Origin: Bigelowiella natans CCMP2755
Taxonomy: Eukaryota > Protista > Cercozoa
NCBI GenBank assembly: GCA_000320545.1
Contig: ADNK01002652.1
Span: 1 to 52,613, forward strand
Direction: 5' to 3'
DNA length: 52,613 nucleotides
Shown here: positions 40,410 to 50,751 of the stretch, piece by piece
How the letters are laid out: every line of letters begins with the position of its first letter
Numbering within the stretch: the stretch's first letter is position 1
Translations under genes and position numbers: made by a program
The notes under the pieces: model-generated
Database searches by the model: none
Seen by the model: only the letters and a program-made list of their open reading frames with translations
Told to the model about the DNA's origin: nothing

Positions 40410-41115
40410 AATATACACACATGGCACGGAACCAGCTGGATAAATGCACTGTTTCAGGTGAAGATTTTAGAGCAACGTTACATCGATGTAAGTCAGCGGA
40501 TGATGGATTTCAAAGTAAATCATGTTAAAGATTAGAGTTTCTATCTCACACCGCCTACTTTCCTATTTCCTGAGAGGGAATTTGAGTTTGAGTAGAGTCT
40601 CCTACTCACCACATGCGTTCATGCCATACGTGTCGCCTTTGTCTTTTGTGCATGCATATATACACGAAGATTGAGACATATCCTCGTCGAGACCAAGCTA
40701 CCATTGTTCATGCTCACGTCGGCCATTGGGGGTGAGTTCTATCCCGAATACATGATGAAATATCAAAACACTGAAGGCATCCACACACGATGGTTTTGGT
40801 CTTCCCACACGATGACTAGGGCGATTTTAAAGCATCGTGGAGCAAAAACTATCACGCTCTGCAGCTATTCGATGCGTCTTCCGTTGTCAACGGATATTTT
40901 ATTATAGATCACAAAGCCAAAATGCTTTTCATGTTGTTAATATCCTTACCTTTTTTGTTTATCAAACATATGCTTATATTAGCTGGAAATTCGCCCAAAA
41001 GAAAATCAACATGTTAGCGACAAGCATCCCTTCAATCATCGCTATTACAAGCAGCAGCATATGTCTCGTGCTGCGTGTGATTCAGAAATATGTCAAAGCG
41101 AAAAAGTTGAAATGA
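36992..41115 (+). CDS. Secretory-pathway DXD glycosyltransferase (GT32/OCH1-like sugar-binding family); 3' end uncertain (40735 or ~41115)
   Basis: Hydrophobic N-terminus MTSLASHVAIFLVFSAGIRC; ITRIVHQ (cf. IPKIIHQ); MLRTAIIWKYGGLYADTDVICLRS (GGxYxDxD); ALFAARPKHPF; GMGP; terminal HAHVGHW. Confidence 0.85.
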
Positions 41116-41189
41116 GGCTTGTGATTAATAGAAAGATATGCTGCTTCTACCTTCTACGACACGAGTATGAAATGTGCTTTATTTGTCAG

Positions 41190-41610
41190 TAGGCATCTCT
41201 AGGTTCATCCATTAGATTGGGCCTGCACATTTAGAATGCTAGAAAGGCCTGCTCTGACGCATGCCTGCATGTGATCGGCGCGGCGCGCGCACATCCGGAC
41301 ATGTGTAGTAGGGCTAGCTAGCTAGAGGGGGTGCATTTCACAATGCATATCGTCGCCTTTATTGCATGCCGACACATGTCTTGTATGACCAACAACGCGA
41401 ACAATATGTACAACCTTGCTAACAAGATCTATTAGATTGTGCAAGTCCTCAAACAAGCTAGCAAGCTAGCAGGACTAACATTTGACTGCCCGGTGTGTCT
41501 CACAATTTGTCCTCCTACACGCCACACTAGCACAGTCTAGCAGTCCCTTGCCACCTTGCAGTGACACAATTACAGCAGTAGCTGCTACAGCTGATGTCTT
41601 TTTTTGAACT
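41190..41610. other. Palindrome-rich 3' zone between the convergent glycosyltransferase and membrane-protein genes
   Basis: gctagctagctag, gctagcaagctagc, gcatgc, acatgt, ggcgcgcgc. Confidence 0.6.
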
Positions 41611-41737
41611 AGTCTGTGTCCGTCGCTGTGTCTGTTCCCGAAGACCTTCGATCATTTTGATGAAATGCAGGGCAATGTAGGGGTTGGGAGAAAGTATTTC
41701 TTATTTTTCAATTTCCAATACACGAACGATTAGATAA

Positions 41738-41778
<41 letters not shown>

Positions 41779-42228
41779 CCAATGTACTTTGGGACACACA
41801 TGCAGAACAAATAATCTGGCATCTTTGGGCGGGTACGCAGCTGTATGTCTAGGGCGTGTCCCGCCCTTTTGGCTCTTGCTATCTTGAAAACCCAACCGTT
41901 CAAGAACGCAAGACAAAAAAGTCATCGATATTCTCGGTATCGTGAGAATTTGGTGTGGATGCATCTTTTTCAAGGTATATCAGATCCAAGCACACCTGCT
42001 CGAATGATACGCTTCCGAATCACGCAAAATCCAAGCAATAGCCGCTGTCTCAGTGATTGTCAACACTAATACGAGAGTCTCAATCACGCCCGCCGACACG
42101 TATTTCTGAGCAGTGATTGAGAAGGAGCAAGCGAGTCAAGCACATGCCACACACACATAGAGTGAGAGAGAGAAACACACACACATACATGTATATACAA
42201 ATTTTAATATTTCCTTCTCTCTCGCTCC

Positions 42229-42302
<74 letters not shown>

Positions 42303-42614
42303 TAATACAAGTAAACCACCGAAGCAAGGAGTCGCTGGCACATGATTTTAGTGACTCTTTCCAGAATGAAGTACAATGCGAAGAGAATACTAACTGCAAT
42401 TCCGCTGCTCCCAGTGCCAGCATCCCCACCCTCACGTTTGTCCCCCTTCGCCGATCCGCAAAGTGCCTGTAACAAACCGTTGTAAATGTTGCTATTATGG
42501 AGAACACACACACACACACACACACAGTCGCAGGGATTATAGATTCTATGGGCGTCTTTGCGAGAATGCAAAATAAAGCAATGTGACACCCAGCCATGTC
42601 CCACAACACACAAC

Positions 42615-42660
<46 letters not shown>

Positions 42661-44031
42661 GTGTGTGTGTGTGTTTGTGTGTGCCCGCGACACTTAAAAT
42701 GCAAAATTCACCCCGAAAATTCCTGGATTTTTCCTCTTTGCCGCCTCCCCTTCGTTAGTCTCTGCACATATACAACACAGCCTTGGGCTCTGCTGCATGC
42801 TTGTTGCTTCATCGGCGTCCAACGCCGCTGCAGAATTGCGCACAGAGCCGCTGCGAACGTAGCTGCTGTTGCTGCCGACACGGCGCGTATCGCCCATGCG
42901 ACACCTGTTAAGAGAGGCGGAAGGTACTCAGTTGTGATGGGCTGTGCGAAGTGGCGTTTGTTTGGAGGAGATGTAAAGTTAAAACACACTAGTCAAAGGC
43001 TATCATTCGCGCGGTGCTTTTTTTTTGGGGGGGGGGGGGGTTGCGCCTCCCTCATAATTGCCTACCATATGAACAAGGCATACTCAAGAGCGCTCTCTCC
43101 AAGCGAGGCTGTGTACTTGTCCAGCATCACCATCCCGACTACAATCTGCAGCACGTTTTTCCGGGGAGCATTCCGACATGTTGGGAGGAAACGGTTATCG
43201 TGCTGGGAAGGAGGATAAGCCAAATTTTCAGGTACCCCCCCCCCCCCCCCCCTTCCCACCCTGTTCCCATCACGGAAACACCGCGCGAAAGGCAAAACCA
43301 AACAAGACGCTGTGCACGTATCTCAACGACTATTTAGCAAACACAACGCAAACGTTCCACGAAACAACGCTCCTACCCATACTGCACGTGTCTTATTTAC
43401 ACCAACGCCAAGCGCATAGAGGCTGTGGGATAAGAAGAGGAGGATTATTCGAGTCGTTGATAAAAGTGCAACGGAAAACGCGCATAATGGCCGTATGGCA
43501 GGGCCGAAATCGTCGGTGTGCGCTCGCTCTCAACCAATGCCCTCGTCACACAAGTAAATGCGTCGTGGCAAAGCATGTGTACAAAAGAGGGCACTGGAAA
43601 GCAGTAGAAAGCTTGAGAAATGCTGGCTAATTCAGGTTCATAAAACTATATAATGAAGCTCAAGGAGAGCTCAAGCGAGCAGCGATGTTTTATGAGCATT
43701 GCCATGAGTACACACCGAACGCACTGCGTGAGGCCCCATATCAGGATGAAGACAATATAACCCCTTCTTCGCTTTTTTGCCACAACCTAATTTCGCACAA
43801 GGCCATAAATTATTTCACCGCACTCTGCTCACTGACATCAAGTAGAGATCGTGGCGTTTCTTTGTTCTTTTGCGTCTGGGTGTTTGGGTAAATCTCGTTT
43901 TAAGATATTCTTGGCTTGTACCTTCTCTGAGAACCATGCGAGGATGCACGTCAGTAGCACCGCAATATGCTTGCCTATAGCCTGAAGGGTTTATACGATT
44001 TTTCATATATAAATGCGAACGTACACGCACA

Positions 44032-44073
<42 letters not shown>

Positions 44074-44215
44074 TAGGTATATTATAAAATTACGTTCAGG
44101 TATGAAGAAGTACCTGAGAAGACTTGCCCTCCAGCAATTGCACGCGAATTCCTATCCGACCCAACCGACGAGGAGGCATGGAAAAAATGTCCAACACGAG
44201 CACATTATTATATAC

Positions 44216-44253
<38 letters not shown>

Positions 44254-46530
44254 TGTTACAATCAACTGCATGGTTGACAAGGGGACAAAGGGTTAGGCCT
44301 GCACGAGAGGCCACAACGATGCACGCCGGCAGGTTTTTGTGTTTCCCCAAACACAAACTACTGGAGGAAGAAAATAAACAAAAATAAGTAGTTTTTCGGT
44401 AGGAGTTACTGAGGCTGAGAGCTTCGTCGAGAATCTGCTCTCCGTTCAACCCTACAGCTGCAAGGAGGAGAAACCCGACGGAGAAGGATAGCCTTACGCG
44501 AAGATTCTCTGGGTCCTCACCGCCAAGAGGGTCAACGGATATCGAGGCCTTCTTCTTCCTTCCTCCGCGGCTGTTATCGTGATGTTTGCTCTCCCTCTCC
44601 TTCTCGTCTTGCGGGGAGGCGGGGGGGGAGAATATCGTTGTCTGATTCTTCTTGACTGCTGTTGTTGTTGTTCCTTGCGGTTTGTTGATATCGTCGTCGT
44701 CGTCGTTGTTGTTGTAGTTGTTAGTATTATCATTTTCGCTGCTGTGGTTGTTTTCCGCGATGATTTCCTCCTCCTCGTGCAGTTGCGGGAGCTTGATGTC
44801 CCTCTCGCTATCATTGCTGTGTGCCCAGATTCTATTATTCCGGCTGCTATTCCTTCTTCGATCTGCTACTCTCTCCCCCGCCAACGTTACACTGGTGGCT
44901 CGTATCGTCATCGCAGTCTTCCTCTCCTTTTGTGCCCCCCCCTCCTCCTTCTCCGTGTCCTTCTTTCCCTTCTTCGTTTTATTCTTCTTCTTTTTCTTCT
45001 TCTTCTTTTTCTTCTTCTTCATTCCGCCTCCTGCCCTCCCAATAAATTGCAGGATGATCTGAACCCACCCCTTGCCCTCCTCCTCCTCCTCCTCCTCCCC
45101 CCCCCTCCACCCCTTGCCCTCCTCCTCCTCCTCCTCCTCCCCCCCCCTCCCCCCCCCTTCCCCGTCCTTCAGCCACTCTCCATCTTGGCCAGTTTGAGAA
45201 GAAAAATCGTTCATTGCTGCACCCCCACCACGTTTCAGCTTCTCGGTGAAGTTGCATCGTGTCGTGGTTGCAGAGAACACTGTGTAGCCATCTGTTCCTC
45301 CATCCCTTCCGCCGCCCTCCCCGCACCCCTTCGCCTTTCCCCTCATTCTTAGTCTGAAGGGAGGGGTGGAGGTCTGCTCCGGATGACTCTCTCCCGTTTT
45401 TCCTTCACCGTCACCTTCGTTTTTGCGGTCTCCACGCGAGGACGCAGTCGTTGGCGCAGCAGTCACAACTGCTTGCATTCTCTGCGAAGCGACTCCCTCC
45501 CTCTCCCCCCCCTCCCTCGAACGCGTCCGCTTCTTCTTCCCTGCCTGAACGGGGCTCTGTGCCTTCGCAATGCCCCCGCCCCTCCACAGGGTCTGCTGGT
45601 CAGCAACCAGGAGAAGTGCCGATGTGAGCAGCGCCACGAGAAGGGAATAGGCCACGCGGCGGTCTCGGGTGAGGGAGGAGGGGAGAAGCAGCACGCAGAG
45701 GTTCAGAGAGGCGCTTGTCATCTGGCCGACGAGTGTGAAGGGGGTTCGGGGTTTCCCTGTCCGTAGAGACCACTCCACCGCAGCTTGGCGGATCAGCATC
45801 AGACAGAACGCTGAGAGGTGAGGGGGGGGGGGGGGAGGAGGAGGACGACGACGATGACGACGACGAAGGAAGGGCATGAGAGGTCGCCGTATTGGGGAGG
45901 AGGGGCAGAGGGAAAGGGAGGGGGTGAGGTTAGGGGGTGAGGAGAGGACAAGAAATAGCTTCGATCATGCAGAGCAATTCTTCCACCCACGATAAGAAAT
46001 TGCATGTTTCCCGTATAATAATTGTTCTGCGCACCGCAGTCTTCGAATCGGAACATCATCATCATCAAATCCCTTTCCCCTCCCAGTATTCTTCTCACTC
46101 CTCATACATCTCTATCAGGCCTCCTAATGGCATATAGTAGCATGATCGTGCGTACCGATGGTAAGGTGCAGAGCTGCTATTACTGGCCACCACATGGAGA
46201 GTCTTCCTCCTGCATCAGCAAGCATTTATAAATAATATATATATAATAAATATACACTTAGACATGATATTGTGGGACGATAAAATAATCTCTCGTCGCC
46301 TTTTTGAGCTTCTTGGTTAATCATACCCTCGGTGCCTTGTGCTGCCTCCTCGCCAGTGTGTGCGGATGCTACGAGCATAGCTAAAGAAGATGAAGAAGCG
46401 AAGGCCAGGGACACGTTCATGATCGTCGCGATGATGGCGAGGGAGAGTATTTGAGGCAGCCTTCGGAGCTTCTCCGGGTTCGGTCGCAACACCAACCAGA
46501 ATATCTCTATGAAGGTCATGGAAAATCCTG
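41609..46530 (-). CDS. Uncharacterised multipass membrane protein with a large low-complexity loop (exon ~44388-45810)
   Basis: About 10 spliceable exons encode hydrophobic helices (e.g. LPQILSLAIIATIMNV, SLNLCVLLLP, YSLLVALLTSALLLV, FSVGFLLLAAVGL, GYIVFILIWGLTHLYALGV, IAVSILFALYFIL, VIETLVLVLTITETAAIAWIL). No family motif recognised with confidence; one internal junction is unresolved. Confidence 0.65.
42234..42300. repeat. (TA)n(TG)n intronic microsatellite
   Basis: Directly visible; a similar (TA)n(TG)n array lies at 42618-42682. Confidence 0.95.
45065..45148 (-). repeat. 42-bp coding tandem duplication (GGEEEEEEEGKGW x2)
   Basis: ccaccccttgccc(tcc)n-poly-C unit occurs at 45065 and 45107. 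Confidence 0.85.
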
Positions 46531-46679
46531 CAGTGTTGCATCCGTGCAGGCAGTGAGGGAAAGAGAAGCGGGGAGGGAAGGGGGGGGGGGGGAGGGGGGG
46601 GGCAACATCGTCTCACGAGATCATAGTGACTTTAGCCAAAAGAATAATACTTTTGATGAAGGCATAGCACGCACAAGAT

Positions 46680-49375
46680 AAGAATGGATGGCATCGATAC
46701 ACTCGTTGAGAAACAACGGATTATGGCGGTGCTGCCACTGTATCATCCAGGAAAAGCACGCAATCGTTGTAACATGCATCTGATCTTTCACCAGAGAGCG
46801 TAGCTGCGAATCTATTGATTCGCTCTATCTCTGGCAGCTGGTTCGCCATTAGGAGTTCTGGAAGCAGTGATTTCTGCAAGTGTAATTACGGGTGGAGAGT
46901 CGGTATCACACCCAAGGTTGCAATGAGCGAAACGACGACCAAATGCGGCACTATATCCAATGCAGATCGGCCCAACCGATAAGAAGAGACGCTTACGTCA
47001 TTGAAGATTGACTGTAGTTCAGCATCATCACATGTTTTCTCTCGTGATTTTTGAAGAAATCCGATGATTAATCTCTCCATTGCACAAGGCATATAGCACG
47101 CACATCATATGTCCCGTTCATAACTGACCTGCACAGCCGACAGCAGCTTTGACACGATTAAGTAGAGTCCTTTGGCGATACACAACAATGATGATGACGA
47201 CGATGACGCTGATAACAATGACGATGGTAACGATATGAATATTGAAAATAGGAAGAAGAAGAGGGGGAACAATATCTGAACACTCGCCATAACCAAGCCC
47301 TTCATTAGTCTCCATCATGATGCTGCCCCTACAACGCGATGGAAATTTTACCAATATACTTGTCCGCTCGCTGCCTATCCTTAACGTCGAGTCGACGTCC
47401 TATTTCAAACGCGCCAAGTGTTAAGTTGTGTGCAGCCATTATCATGCGAATCCTGGGCGCATTCTGGCGACACGCATGCAAAGATCTAGATAGCATTCAA
47501 GATAAGAGTTCTACTTGATACAGCCCCGGATTTCGAAGGAGGGGTCACGAGCTGTGCAAGGCCATTCCTCATCCTTTCCCTTAAACAGACATACAGACAT
47601 ACAGACAAGCAAGAGATTGTTTATAAAACGCGTTTAGCAGTGATGATAGCAACCATTGAAGTAGACGGATGATGATGATGCCGAGAAGAAGAGGATGATC
47701 AGGACAGGGAAGTGACGAGTGTTAAGAGCGACACACAACAAGACGGTCGTGGTTAAGTCGTCTGTACGCTATGGATGTCGTAGAGTCATGCTAAAGGCCA
47801 TGAATACTATTACAACTACTACTTCTTGTCAAATGGATTAGCTTGAACTGGCGCGTCCACAAGAGTTTCATCGTATCTTTCGGAGAACAAAAACAGGAGG
47901 ACTTTCGAATAAGAATGGTTGGGGGGAGGTTGTCGATCAGTATTCATACTTTGCAGGCATACAAGCCGAAAGCGTTCGCAACTAAGTACCGGAATAGATC
48001 AAGGGCCGATGGATTCTTAATTGCATAAAGATGCCGCCTCCGAATCGTCCCGGTGGAGGTACTCCTCCTCTGCAGCAGGGGGGGGCTCAGGGGATCCGGC
48101 GGCAAGTCAGTGTTCTTTTCCTCTCTCATAGTCTCTTTATAGATTGACGACGGTGAGGGCGAGGTGCAGCATGAGATCTAATGGATAACTACTGGAGCCA
48201 GGTGATGGTAAATGCAGGTTAAATCCCCTGTGGTATGTGTAACGAGCGCCAGCGGGTCCTTCCTGCAAAGGAGGAGGGCGCTCGCTGGAGGGAAAATATT
48301 CGGTCTGGAAGCTGGTTGACAATTCATCTGGTGCGACTTGCTTTCTGTCCTCATCCTTTGGTGGAATGGCCTGTATTTTCGATTGGTTTGGAATTATATG
48401 TAGTAGGGTTGGATTTGATGTTGTCGTCAAATGATAATGGCCTTTGTTTCTTCTCAGCCAATAGCTGACGCATCCTCCGCAGATCTATCTTCAACGGGCT
48501 TTCCCTCCCTCTTACTCTTTCGCTTCTCCATCTGCTCCTTTCCCAGAAGAAACTATGACAGTTTCCATCCCCGCGTTCATGATGTATTTCATGCTGGTAG
48601 AGGTGGGGATCTCTTGCTTATTCTCGTGCTTTCAGTGCATGTTCGTTTCTACTTCTTTCATGTCAAAGTAGCCATCTCTTCGAAATATAATTCACAAAAG
48701 TCTAATGAATTTATTGTTTCAGGCTACTCTAATCCTGGCCCTGCTCCTTCCCTGCCGTTGCCTGAACCGCCTCTTAGTGAGGTTCGTTCGTGGACTCTTC
48801 TCAAACAGGTGATTGATTTGCACTTATATTTCTGATTTTACGTTCATCCGAAGTTACTCTCTCTTCTAGCCTAAACCCTTCTTCCTGTTTTATTCTCGTG
48901 ATTCTGGAAAAAGTTGTAGCCCAATATTCTATTCGATATTCTCTATGGTGGCTCTTTTCTGCACTATCAACTTGTACTCAGCGTACACTCGGTATGATGT
49001 AGATACATCTCTCCCACACCCAATCTTGAAAAAACGCTGATACTGTAGTGTGATACGAATTGGCAATTAGATCCAAAAAAACAATTCAAATATTGCATAT
49101 TTTCGAGATATTTTTTCAAAATTTCTTTTCATGGCGAACATTGCGCTTAAAACTGGTGATTTGCAACATCAAGGTATCTGAGAATGAAAGGGGAAGGGAA
49201 GATGAAAGTCCCCGATTACGAGTTTTACAAGTCTCAAAGGTACTATTTGTCCTACGAGAAGGATTCTAACCAACCACAGCCGGCTAAGAAATGAATTCTT
49301 CTCAGGGATCTCTACCTCAACGGCCTCACGCTGTACCTATGGATTGTGGTAATTGGTCTCATGAGGTGCGTGCAT
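46680..49375 (-). CDS. Probable additional exons (5' part of the membrane protein gene, or a separate unknown gene)
   Basis: Several AG/GT-bounded open segments on minus (e.g. WQHRHNPLFLNECIDAIHSYL, KSLLPELLMANQLPEIERINRF, LIIGFLQKSREKTCDDAELQSIFND), but I could not build one consistent phase path through them. Confidence 0.35.
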
Positions 49376-49899
49376 GGCAGCAGTAGAAAAAATACGAAAT
49401 TATCGGTGATTTTTCCTCCCGTGAGAAAGCGAGGTGTCATTCTCATAAGCGGAACGAGTATCGTTTTTTTTTTTTAAATTTACAACGTGTGAAAATTAAA
49501 ATATGATGTATGATGGCCTGTGGTCGCCGCACAAAAATGATACGAAATTCGAGTTTACCTCCTTTAAAATATCAGCTGGTGGCACTGCCAGTTGGAAACA
49601 TGCTGATGCATCTACTGGATGTACGATGTGTCGATCAACTTTTATGATATATTTTCAGTCTCCATGAAAGATACACACGCGTCGAAAGGGCTGCAAGGGA
49701 GGAAAAAAAGAATCAGTAATTGTGTTATAAATTGCTAGCTACCTTAACAGTAAAGACACTATGACAATACAACCTTAGCGTTTCAACTACTATTTTTCCT
49801 GCCTCTTCGGGTATGCTCATATTGCACTTATTGAGCGTTATTTCACGCAAACTGTTAATACATCTTACAAACATTGGTCAGAATTTATATACGCTGCTG

Positions 49900-50700
49900 C
49901 AGACACAGTTTATGTGATGTACATGACGTGTCTGATAAACGTTGTGTCCATACGCATATTGATCTGCGCGCAAGTGTGCATATGCATCCGTGCACGTGCG
50001 CGATGCTAAATAAAACGCAAACATACATGTAAAGCGATGCTAGGATCGGATGCGAGCGGCTGCGCTTATCTAGTTATGCGCTGCGTGCAATAAAGCGTAC
50101 TAGCATGTATGTGCCCTCGCCCTACTTCACCTGCCACCAGAAATAAAATCACTAAATCACTCTAGCGCACTGTTTGCGTGCTTCGATTCGCGCAAATATT
50201 GTGATGACATTTGCATAACGACATGTACGTATAGAGATCGATGGCCAAAATTTAGAGAAGCCGTGCTTTAGCTAGCGTGCATCATGCTCATGCATTCGAT
50301 CTAGCTAGCTAGCTAGCTTTGTGGTGAACTATCCAGCATCTATAGATGACATCATCAACGCATGCACATTTTTGTGTGCAGACACATAGTAACAAAACAA
50401 CTATCTGACTATAGCTAGCTAGCTAGCGCCGTGCTAGGCTGAGCATCTAAGCTAGTTGGCTAGTTAGTGTATAAGTGTGCTACGCACGTATATGCGCTAG
50501 CTAGTTGTCGTGCGAGCGCATGCATGTCCTCTATAGGCTTAGGCTCTATGAATTGCATCTTGCTGCTGCGGCAATGTCATTCTATCTATCTAGTATTTGC
50601 TTGCTAGCTTGCCGAGAAAGAATTTTGAGGAAAATGTGGCTAAATAAGCCGTTAATTCATTTGCGTTCGCACTTGTGCGTGCATGCTAGCACGCGGCAGC
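49900..50700. other. Palindrome-rich zone downstream of the ABCF2 stop codon
   Basis: ctagctagctagctagct (~50301), agctagctagctagc (~50412), gcatgc, tgcacgtgc, tgcatatgca. Confidence 0.65.
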
Positions 50701-50751
50701 ACGACGACGACGATGACGAGGACGCCCCTAATTTCGTTTCCATAACTAAAT

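Noticed and set aside
44579-45352. 257-aa plus-strand ORF rich in Leu/Val/Pro
   Set aside because: Antisense shadow of the low-complexity minus-strand exon; triplet repeats suppress stop codons.
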